A stretch of DNA of 32,000 nucleotides from NCBI GenBank assembly GCA_001897305.1, contig MKSO01000001.1:750001-782000 (forward strand), in the 5' to 3' direction. The first letter of the stretch is position 1. The number at the start of each line of letters is the position of its first letter. Of the stretch, positions 23,236 through 30,970 are shown piece after piece. The notes below the pieces were generated by a model, which was given only the letters and a program-made list of their open reading frames with translations, did no database searches and was not told the DNA's origin. The DNA comes from Candidatus Saccharimonadota bacterium. GTDB taxonomy: Bacteria; Patescibacteriota; Saccharimonadia; Saccharimonadales; Saccharimonadaceae. The position numbers were made by a program, and so were the translations under genes.

Positions 23236-24507
23236 ATGCCTCAATCTTTAACTATTGTTCTCGGTAAGGCCATCCGTTATGCAGCCCGACTGCGCGGCGG
23301 CGGCTCTGCCCTGCCCGGTTTATTTGTCGAACGAATTAGCCCGCGCTTCGTACCTGATACACTCGCACAACTCCCTCATGGTGTTGTGGTCATTAGTGGC
23401 ACTAATGGTAAAACAACTACTACAAAAATGGTTGTTTCACTGCTTGAATCACAAGGCTTGCGTGTGTTTACAAACCGCACAGGAAGCAACTTTGTACGCG
23501 GCGTGGCAGCAGCTCTACTAGGCGAAATTGATATTAAAGGCAACTTACCAGCCGACATCGCCGTACTAGAACTCGACGAAGCGCACGCAGTAAAGTTTGT
23601 TGAAGTCATTCCGCCTCGTTACAGCCTGTTGCTTAATGTCATGCGTGATCAGCTGGATCGTTTTGGTGAGATTGACTCAACCGCCCGTATGCTCGAAAAA
23701 GTAGCCCTTGCTACAACCGACACTGTCGTTATGAACCGTGAAGATGCCCGTGTGCGACGCATTGCCGATAAGCTCCCTAAGACCACCAACGTACGCTTTT
23801 TTGGTTTATCAGACAAACTCTTAAGCCATTTTCCAAACGACGATGACCTTCATGGTCCACTGAAAAAAACACCAGCCGATAAACGCCCGGCCGCCGAAGT
23901 AGTCTTGAAAGACTTTAACGAAAAAGGCGCCGCATTTACGATAGCTAAAAAAGACTTTGTAACTCCTTTAAAACTGAAGGGTGTCTACAATATATATAAC
24001 AGCGCTGCTGCGCTTACCCTAGTGCGAACCATAGCGCCAGAAGCTTCAATGAATAGCTTACTCAGGGCTCTTTCAACTGTTACCCCGGCATTTGGTCGAG
24101 GCGAAACCATTACAGTTGCCGGGCAGCCATTAGAGCTCGTGCTGGTAAAAAACCCAGCTGGCTTCCGCCTGAGTCTGGAATCGTTTAACCCGGAAGGGTA
24201 CGCCACCATGATCGCCATTAATGACAACTACGCCGATGGCCGTGATATGTCTTGGCTATGGGACGTCGACTTCACAAGCCTTTCGTCGTCTATATATGTG
24301 ACCGGCATACGCGCTTACGATATGGCCTTACGTCTCCAATACGATGAAGTATCAATAGAAAAAGTCGAGACAGAGCTTGCTGCAGCATTGACCGATTTTA
24401 TACAAAAACACCCAGATACCCCTAAGCGCATTTACTGTACTTATACCGCCATGCTGGCACTGCGTAAAGAACTCGGCAAAATTACTCAAGTGGAGGTTGT
24501 GTCATGA
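23236..24507 (+). CDS. murT: MurT, Mur-ligase-like subunit of lipid II isoglutaminyl synthase
   Basis: ISGTNGKTTTTKMV P-loop, LLLNVMRDQLDRFGEID, and a C-terminal DUF1727-like NDNYADGRDMSWLWDVDF. Colinear with S. aureus MurT as I recall it. Coupled (ATGA overlap) to the gatD-like gene. Confidence 0.85.
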   Translation: MPQSLTIVLGKAIRYAARLRGGGSALPGLFVERISPRFVPDTLAQLPHGVVVISGTNGKTTTTKMVVSLLESQGLRVFTNRTGSNFVRGVAAALLGEIDIKGNLPADIAVLELDEAHAVKFVEVIPPRYSLLLNVMRDQLDRFGEIDSTARMLEKVALATTDTVVMNREDARVRRIADKLPKTTNVRFFGLSDKLLSHFPNDDDLHGPLKKTPADKRPAAEVVLKDFNEKGAAFTIAKKDFVTPLKLKGVYNIYNSAAALTLVRTIAPEASMNSLLRALSTVTPAFGRGETITVAGQPLELVLVKNPAGFRLSLESFNPEGYATMIAINDNYADGRDMSWLWDVDFTSLSSSIYVTGIRAYDMALRLQYDEVSIEKVETELAAALTDFIQKHPDTPKRIYCTYTAMLALRKELGKITQVEVVS

Positions 24508-25217
24508 TTATCACCATCCTACAGCTTTACCCCCGTGATATGAATATTTACGGTGATAATGGCAACGTGCAGGTACTCCGTCGCCGCCTAGAGTGGTACG
24601 GCTATACACCAAAAGTTATTGAATATAACGTCGGTGATACCCTCCCAAAACAGCCAGATATTATCATTGGCGGGGGCGGCCAAGATAGCGGCCAAGAAAA
24701 AATTCATGCCGACCTGCTAAAAATTGGACCCACACTAAAACAGTGGGCAGATGATGGCGTGCCCATGCTTATGGTGTGTGGACTCTACCAGCTATTTGGC
24801 CATTCCTTTAAGACGTTGAACAACCTCGTTCTCGAAGGTATTAGCATCTTAGACGTCACGACTTACGGTACAAATGAGCGTCTGATAGGTAACATTGTTA
24901 CGCAAAGTGACTCATTTGGTGAGATTATTGGCTACGAAAACCACAGCGGACAAACTTTCTTAGGACCCAACGCGCAGCCCTTTGCCATTGTTGTGCGCGG
25001 TGCCGGTAATAACTCGAAAGATGGCCATGAAGGCGCTCTCTATAAGAATGTTATTGGTACCTACCTGCACGGATCAATTCTTCCGAAAAATCCTAAGGTT
25101 GCTGACTTCCTCATTAAAACTGCCGCCAAAAGACGATACGGTAGCTTCAGCCCCGACCTGATTGACGATATGTTCGCCGATCTCGCCCGCCAAGTTGCCC
25201 GCGAGCGCCCACGTTAA
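24504..25217 (+). CDS. gatD: GatD, glutamine amidotransferase subunit of lipid II isoglutaminyl synthase
   Basis: LYPRDMNIYGDNGNV, IGGGGQDSGQ, catalytic Cys in MVCGLYQLFG, and YLHGSILPKNP (CobQ/CobB-type GATase). Confidence 0.85.
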   Translation: MIITILQLYPRDMNIYGDNGNVQVLRRRLEWYGYTPKVIEYNVGDTLPKQPDIIIGGGGQDSGQEKIHADLLKIGPTLKQWADDGVPMLMVCGLYQLFGHSFKTLNNLVLEGISILDVTTYGTNERLIGNIVTQSDSFGEIIGYENHSGQTFLGPNAQPFAIVVRGAGNNSKDGHEGALYKNVIGTYLHGSILPKNPKVADFLIKTAAKRRYGSFSPDLIDDMFADLARQVARERPR

Positions 25218-26656
25218 GTAAAACCGGTCTCAGTTTGTCGAAACGAATAGTTTGAAGTCCGGTACATCCATACACAGGCGAGCCCCAATCCGAGTGCATA
25301 CACACCCCATATAACAGCTGGTACAGCGACGGTATTTTGCGCCCATGACAGACCCGACACAAAGGTTGCAACATTCGTCATATACCCAAGGAGCCATGTG
25401 GTTGGTAGGGCGACCCAGCTGATCAGCGATATTGATAACAATGCGCCAATGCCGCATATAAAAGTGAGGAGCATTGCGAGAGGTACTAGCGGGACAACCA
25501 AAATATTAGCAAGAATTGCTACATGTGATACTGTTCCAAAACTCAAGGTAATGATGGGCAGCGTTACTACATGCGCCGCCACTGTTTCACCTAAAATACC
25601 CCTTAGTAAACCGGGCTCTTTTTCACCAAAGAAATATCGCTGCAACAATGGCCCTACAATCATAACCGCCGCAAAAGCCGTAAAGCTTAATTGCCACCCT
25701 AAATCACCCCACACATAGCTTGGTTGAACTGCCACTGTGATTGCCGCCGCAACAGGTAAAAGTACTAGCGGATGAAAAGCGTGCCCATAATACCAGGCTA
25801 TTAAACTGAGGCCCGATACCAAACCTGCCCTCGTCATACTTGGGCTCAGGCCCGTTATGGTCATAAACATGACTATCATAAGTGCCGCTGACACAGCTGA
25901 TGTATATTTGGATATTCTGGCAAAAAGCTTCCGGGCCATCTGTACAAGAATGGTTAAGTTATACCCACTGGCTACGACAATATGCGTTAACCCGGCAATT
26001 TTTAAAGCATCGGCTAAATCGGTAGGCAGAGCGCTCTTTTGCCCCGTCAGAAAACCGACACCCAAGCTAGCCTGTGGCTCTGGGATGACACGCCGCACTT
26101 TGTCTGCAAACCAATCGCGCACTACCCGACCAACGTCACCCGGTACAGGCCGAACCGTTTTTGTAATAGTACTTAAACTTATGCTAGCCGGGAAGCTGCC
26201 AAACCCCTCGCCTACCTTCCCCTTAGCCGTAATGACATCGCCACGCTTCGCATGGCTTGAGCCACGAAAGCTGGCATAAATAGAGCCCGGCATAGTGACA
26301 CCATTGAATTGGACAGCATCAAGCTGTAAAGAAAGAGCCCCGGATGCACTGATAGACGGATCCTCTTTAATTCGACCTGTCACATTAATATCCTTTCCAA
26401 AAAAAGAGCTATAGATGTCACGCGCCACCAGGTTCGCCGAGCCATACCCCAACCCTGTTATCAAAAAGCTCAGACAAATAGCCGGGACTACATAATACCT
26501 AGCGACAATAACGCCGGCTAAACCAGAAATAGCGGCCACTAACCCCCAAGACGGTTCAATACGTAGCACTAATGCCAATGCTACCCCACCAACAAAACCA
26601 CTACTCGCCAGAGCCACGCACCACGACCGATGTATTTCTTGTTGCCACCACCACAT
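25214..26656 (-). CDS. comEC: ComEC/Rec2-family DNA uptake channel protein (no C-terminal metallo-beta-lactamase domain)
   Basis: 480 aa. An N-terminal DUF4131-like OB region is followed by a polytopic competence domain (GLTHIVVASGYNLTIL, ITGLSPSMTRAG). No HxHxDH motif is present. Confidence 0.8.
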   Translation of the reverse strand: MWWWQQEIHRSWCVALASSGFVGGVALALVLRIEPSWGLVAAISGLAGVIVARYYVVPAICLSFLITGLGYGSANLVARDIYSSFFGKDINVTGRIKEDPSISASGALSLQLDAVQFNGVTMPGSIYASFRGSSHAKRGDVITAKGKVGEGFGSFPASISLSTITKTVRPVPGDVGRVVRDWFADKVRRVIPEPQASLGVGFLTGQKSALPTDLADALKIAGLTHIVVASGYNLTILVQMARKLFARISKYTSAVSAALMIVMFMTITGLSPSMTRAGLVSGLSLIAWYYGHAFHPLVLLPVAAAITVAVQPSYVWGDLGWQLSFTAFAAVMIVGPLLQRYFFGEKEPGLLRGILGETVAAHVVTLPIITLSFGTVSHVAILANILVVPLVPLAMLLTFICGIGALLSISLISWVALPTTWLLGYMTNVATFVSGLSWAQNTVAVPAVIWGVYALGLGLACVWMYRTSNYSFRQTETGFT

Positions 26657-26800
26657 ACTATGGCTTATGATACGCAGGAATTATTAACTTGTTAGGCTGC
26701 GTGCACACAAAATAAAAAACACCCCCGGTAGCGACGATTCGGTAAAGAATCAAAGGGATGTTTTTTACTTTGGGAGTAACGTATTACTCCCGGATAATTT

Positions 26801-26877
26801 TGGAGGGACCAGTGGGGCTTGAACCCACGACACCCTGCTTAAAAGGCAGGTGCTCTAACCAGCTGAGCTATGGTCCC
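26801..26877 (-). tRNA. tRNA-Lys (anticodon UUU), CCA encoded
   Basis: Hand-folded: acceptor GGGACCA/TGGTCCC, anticodon arm CCTGC-CTTTTAA-GCAGG, T arm GTGGG-TTCAAGC-CCCAC. Confidence 0.9.
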
Positions 26878-26944
26878 GGACCTTATGCACTATACAGCAA
26901 CAGGGGTGCTCTGTCAATCTCACCCAACCCCTAAGTACACTGTA

Positions 26945-27433
26945 TTAATGTTTGCCGTGTTCTTTTTCTACGTGCTTAGCGCGCTTCGTAAAGAAAAGGT
27001 CAATAACCGCCAGCACAACGCCAACGCTAATAATGATATCTTTATACTGCTTGATGTAATTGTAGACAGTAGCCCCATCACCGCTTAACGGTAAAGCATA
27101 TCCAATAGGTTCCACCAAAAATGCTACCGCAAGAATCGTAAATGCTAACGAACCAAAAATACGCAATATAAGATTTTTGTAAGTGTAGCCATGAAACAGT
27201 AGCAAGAACGCGGGGAGTAACACGACTGCCGACTGCGTAACCGCCTGGGTTAACTCGCCTTCCGGTATAAAACCTAGGCTGGACACCACTAGCCCAGCAT
27301 CGTAGCTCCAAAGCGTACTTAAAGTAGCCCCAGCGGTTAAAGCCAAGCCCAACAAACCAAACCGTCGCTTTGATATAAAAGCGGCAAAAAACAGAATAAC
27401 GGCGACAATGCCAAAGGTTGCAATTGGAATCAT
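26945..27433 (-). CDS. 162-aa multi-span membrane protein, unknown family
   Basis: Hydrophobic ORF lying 9 nt downstream of the DUF192 gene's stop. Confidence 0.55.
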   Translation of the reverse strand: MIPIATFGIVAVILFFAAFISKRRFGLLGLALTAGATLSTLWSYDAGLVVSSLGFIPEGELTQAVTQSAVVLLPAFLLLFHGYTYKNLILRIFGSLAFTILAVAFLVEPIGYALPLSGDGATVYNYIKQYKDIIISVGVVLAVIDLFFTKRAKHVEKEHGKH

Positions 27434-27442
27434 ACTATACCC

Positions 27443-27919
27443 CTACTTATTATCGCTTATTTTTACTGTTATACCAGTCTGAATCGCTGACCGCTTCACC
27501 GACCCCGCTGGCAGCTCTAGTACATACCGAGTAGGTTGAAGTGGCCGATAGATTGTTTTAACAGGTGTTTCTGGTTGAGCATGCTGAACAATATACACCA
27601 CTTTTTTGTCTTTATCGAGCCATACGATATCAAGTGGAATGCGCATGTCTTTCATCCAAATTCCCCAGGTATCATCGGTTTTAAAATCCATAAATAAGCC
27701 GCTGTTAGGGTCTAGTTTTGACACGCCAGAGAGGCCTTGAATTCGTTGCGGTTCGGTGCTGGCCACCAAAAGCACATATTCACCTTCGCCCAATTTTGCC
27801 TGAACAGTAGGCCTGGAATGAGCGATACCAAACCATAAGGCAGTCGCGCTAAATAGTACAACAACAAAAAGCCCAATCGCAGCATTCACGCCTAATGAAA
27901 AAGAACTGAGCCTATTCAT
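27443..27919 (-). CDS. DUF192 (COG1430) family protein with an N-terminal signal anchor
   Basis: GLSGV...GLFMDF...WMKDMRIPLDIVWLD...YVLELPAGS matches the DUF192 pattern. Confidence 0.7.
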   Translation of the reverse strand: MNRLSSFSLGVNAAIGLFVVVLFSATALWFGIAHSRPTVQAKLGEGEYVLLVASTEPQRIQGLSGVSKLDPNSGLFMDFKTDDTWGIWMKDMRIPLDIVWLDKDKKVVYIVQHAQPETPVKTIYRPLQPTRYVLELPAGSVKRSAIQTGITVKISDNK

Positions 27920-27927
27920 AGGCTCAG
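27896..27927 (-). terminator. hairpin plus U-tract ending the four-gene ligase/peptidase operon
   Basis: The minus strand reads CTGAGCCT-ATGAAT-AGGCTCAG, followed by TTCTTTTTC. The 6-nt loop contains the ATG of the DUF192 gene. Confidence 0.55.
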
Positions 27928-27949
27928 TATAAACAATTGCAGGAACTTT

Positions 27950-28870
27950 TTATGCCCCAACTCTGTCTTTTTTGTTGCGACGTTTCGCATTAAGTTCTAT
28001 ATACTCAATAATCTTAGATGCAATGTCACGGTTCGTAACACCCTCGATACCTTCAAGACCTGGCGATGAGTTAACCTCCAAGACAAGCGGCCCACGGTTT
28101 GATCGAATAAGGTCCACGCCACATACTGCAAGTCCCATTGATTTAGCAGCCTTTAGGACAACCTTCTTTTCTTCGTCGGTTAGCCTAATCGGTGTCCCAG
28201 TGCCGCCCTGGTGAATATTAGAGCGGAAATCATCGTCGAGGCTTTTTCGCATGTAACTTGCAACAACTTTACCACCGACCACAAAAGCACGAATATCAGT
28301 ACCGCTTGCCTCTTCAATAAACTCTTGAAGTAAAATGCTCGTGCCACTAACATAAAAGGCTTGCACTACAGATTTTGCAGCTTTTTTAGTCTCTGCAAGC
28401 ACCACACCATTTCCGTGCGTACCCGAAACAAGCTTAATGATCATTGGGAGTCCGATTTGCTCAATGAGGTCATCAACTTCAAAGGTATCCCGAGCAATAA
28501 TTGTCTTTGGAATTCCAACGCCAGCTTTGTTAAAAAGCTGCGTTGAGCGGAGTTTGTCCCTAGAGCGCACAATAGCAATGGATGATGAAAGTGTGTATAT
28601 CCCCATCATTTCAAATTGACGAACCACAGCAGAACCATATTTAGTGATTGTAGGCGTTATCCTTGGAATAATTGCATCGAAGTTACCAAGAGATTCACCT
28701 TCGTAGCGCACCTCTGGTTGCCCCTGTTCAATAACTAAATAGCATCGGCGCACGTCAACAATTTTCACTTCGTGGCCCCGAGCTTCCGCAACCTCTTTTA
28801 AACGTCGCGTGGAATAAATCCCAGCTTTATTAAGAGGGCCTTTTCCCTGACTAAGAATAGCGATTTTCAT
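27950..28870 (-). CDS. rimK: RimK, ribosomal protein S6 L-glutamate ligase (ATP-grasp)
   Basis: Colinear with E. coli RimK as I recall it: MKIAILS, FDAIIPRI, RDKLRSTQL, GTDIRAFVVGG, DFRSNIHQGG, NRGPLVLEVNSSPGLEGIE. Confidence 0.9.
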   Translation of the reverse strand: MKIAILSQGKGPLNKAGIYSTRRLKEVAEARGHEVKIVDVRRCYLVIEQGQPEVRYEGESLGNFDAIIPRITPTITKYGSAVVRQFEMMGIYTLSSSIAIVRSRDKLRSTQLFNKAGVGIPKTIIARDTFEVDDLIEQIGLPMIIKLVSGTHGNGVVLAETKKAAKSVVQAFYVSGTSILLQEFIEEASGTDIRAFVVGGKVVASYMRKSLDDDFRSNIHQGGTGTPIRLTDEEKKVVLKAAKSMGLAVCGVDLIRSNRGPLVLEVNSSPGLEGIEGVTNRDIASKIIEYIELNAKRRNKKDRVGA

Positions 28871-29811
28871 TATGTAGTACGCTCTCTTTCTATGATATTA
28901 ACAAGTGTTTCCGCAAGCTTCTGCATCTTTTCATCCACGAAAGAGCCAGTTGCGAGTTGCGGTAGGGCATTCGCCTCCAATACGTAATACTCGTTTGTTT
29001 CAGTATCTCGCATTACATCAATGCCTGTAACTGTTCTATTCAGCAGCTTTGATGTATTTATTATATCATCTATAGTACTTTTTTGCAATACCTCTTCACT
29101 TACAAGTTCGGCTTTTCCACCCTGAGAGGTATTGTTAAGGTGACTTTCGCCGGACCCCGTACGATGAATAAGAAGTTTTATCTCGTACCCCATAACCACA
29201 GCACGGATATCACTACCGTCATTTGGAATGCACGGCTGTACAATAAACGGCTGCGACTCCTTGCGCCCAATAGGAAGCGATGATAATTCATCAAACGTAC
29301 AGAGGTAGTTACTGGCACCACGACTCGCAAGCGCGTCTTTTACAATAAGCTTTCCATCCTTCAACGCAGGCTGCATACCTACATAGTTAATAAGTGCGGC
29401 CGCGGAAAGCGAAAAGACAGTACGCGGAACCTTAATATTATGTTCGGCCAATAGAAGCATCTGAGAAATTTTACTACTCGAACGATTATAATACGCCTCA
29501 TCATTAATGAACGGGATACCCCTATTCTTGAGATATATTGCGATCGAATAGGCAATGTCTCGACGAGTTGGTACATAGCTATACCAACTCATCATGTATA
29601 CTAAATCGAAACTCGAAAGGTCCTCACCAGTTGTAGAAAGAAATACCTTAGTTCTGGATGGCTGAATATCAAAAATCAGCTCGTTATAGTTAGCAACCGA
29701 CAAGCTATAGCCGTCAGGAACATGGCTACCTAAAGCATGGTAGAGGTCATCGACTTTTTCTTTTTGTATACTGTGCTTGCGTCCGAGAAGGAGTATTTTT
29801 TTCTGATTCAT
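28870..29811 (-). CDS. second, divergent RimK-like ATP-grasp ligase
   Basis: SSKISQMLLL, LIVKDALASRGASNYL, GSDIRAVVMG, HLNNTSQGGKAE, GIDVMRD..YYVLEANALPQL. Its stop overlaps the rimK start by 1 nt (TAATG). Confidence 0.8.
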   Translation of the reverse strand: MNQKKILLLGRKHSIQKEKVDDLYHALGSHVPDGYSLSVANYNELIFDIQPSRTKVFLSTTGEDLSSFDLVYMMSWYSYVPTRRDIAYSIAIYLKNRGIPFINDEAYYNRSSSKISQMLLLAEHNIKVPRTVFSLSAAALINYVGMQPALKDGKLIVKDALASRGASNYLCTFDELSSLPIGRKESQPFIVQPCIPNDGSDIRAVVMGYEIKLLIHRTGSGESHLNNTSQGGKAELVSEEVLQKSTIDDIINTSKLLNRTVTGIDVMRDTETNEYYVLEANALPQLATGSFVDEKMQKLAETLVNIIERERTT

Positions 29812-29815
29812 TATC

Positions 29816-30970
29816 TTATTTTACTTTATGTGTGAGCAAAAAACGGAAATCTCGCTTAGTAAACCTTTGACGCGATAGGGCCTCAACAAACAACATACTA
29901 CCGTGGACATAGCGTATATCCTTTGAAATTGCACCCCCCCTGACTGAAAAAGGCGTCCCTTTCCATACGCGAACTATCGTGCCGAACACAAAGTGTTTTG
30001 GGTCGTTGCCTTTGGCATATTTCTCGTATAATGGCAGCAAAATCTCATACACTTCGCGCGCAGTACGAGGCTTACCTCTATCAATCCCCTTGCTTAGCCC
30101 GATGGCGAAATATCTCCAATAGCGTGCAGGTATGAGTGTCTTATCTAACGACAAACGCTCTACTGCATGGGCAAGACCTTCCTCAAAAGCCGACAGCTCT
30201 TTTTGCTCATTCAGACTCTCCGGGTGTGGCGATGGATATTTTGCACGAACTACGTGAACGAGCTCGTGAAGCAGTATTGCTAACTTCTTTTTGGAGTCAG
30301 TAGTATTAACGATTGAAGTCCCCAAAATAAGCCTTCGTGTTCGCGGGGCAACAAGACTAGAAGGACGCGTTTGGTCTTCGACCACGCGCCACCCCCTTCT
30401 ATACATGCCTGTCCGCCTTAGGAATAAAGTCGCCGCTTGCGTAATAGAGTGTTTTTCGATAAGGCTAAGAAGCCTCCTGGAAACTGGCTTTATAAGCTTC
30501 TTAAGCAGTAAGATATTCTCCGATAGATAGTCGTTTTCATCGACAGGAAAGTGAGACAAGGCCCCTTTTTGAGTGGTATCTACTATCCTTTTAAATACTT
30601 CATCATCAAGTCCTCCGAATAGTTCTTCGTTGAGCGATTCAAAGCGTTCGGGGAGCTGGCCAGTCTCCCAGCTAGTTGCCTGACAAAGGAGTAGTTCGGT
30701 CTCTATAAGCCTTTGATGTAAAAAGGCTTTTGCACGAACTAGGTGCGTTGCAGTAGCTTGATCCGCACGCTTAAGCATCACTAGCCGAGCTTGCAGAACC
30801 TTCACTGACAAGTTCTCATAGGTAAAGTGAGGATCGATATTATTACCCGCTAAAAATAACGCTTCGAGTGTTTTTAAGTCCGCACTCTGACGCAAATAGT
30901 ACCCGTAGGAACTCACGAATTGTTTCCTAAGCTTTAGATATTCTGCTCTATCCTGTGTATCTATTTTCAT
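29816..30970 (-). CDS. MATCAP/DUF1704-like (QEGLA-motif) putative metallocarboxypeptidase, copy B
   Basis: 384 aa. HELVH is encoded at 30254-30268, followed 24 aa later by AFEEGLAHAVE. It is a paralog of the upstream gene, and its ATG overlaps the upstream stop (ATGA). Confidence 0.65.
   Translation of the reverse strand: MKIDTQDRAEYLKLRKQFVSSYGYYLRQSADLKTLEALFLAGNNIDPHFTYENLSVKVLQARLVMLKRADQATATHLVRAKAFLHQRLIETELLLCQATSWETGQLPERFESLNEELFGGLDDEVFKRIVDTTQKGALSHFPVDENDYLSENILLLKKLIKPVSRRLLSLIEKHSITQAATLFLRRTGMYRRGWRVVEDQTRPSSLVAPRTRRLILGTSIVNTTDSKKKLAILLHELVHVVRAKYPSPHPESLNEQKELSAFEEGLAHAVERLSLDKTLIPARYWRYFAIGLSKGIDRGKPRTAREVYEILLPLYEKYAKGNDPKHFVFGTIVRVWKGTPFSVRGGAISKDIRYVHGSMLFVEALSRQRFTKRDFRFLLTHKVK

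Noticed and set aside
25214-25217. Convergent gatD and comEC stop codons overlapping in TTAA.
   Set aside because: The overlap is real, but it is just tight packing typical of compact genomes. I use it only as supporting evidence that ComEC has no further C-terminal domain.
230-29576. Many short ORFs overlapping longer genes on the opposite strand or in another frame: 230..433, 333..677, 2521..2787, 2524..2781, 3089..3391, 4185..4418, 6226..6462, 6746..6952, 7642..7833, 8602..8874, 9306..9494, 9696..9905, 10868..11056, 11353..11553, 12555..12890, 14655..14897, 16492..16701, 18026..18376, 18386..18574, 18623..18946, 20699..22138 (series), 22787..22987, 23255..23521, 23376..23609, 23985..24227, 25147..25457, 25398..26279, 26870..27311, 27972..28619, 29083..29576, and also 30291..30530 and 31006..31218.
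   Set aside because: These are shadow ORFs inside genes that have clear family signatures or paralog support. None has its own promoter, SD sequence or recognisable motif.
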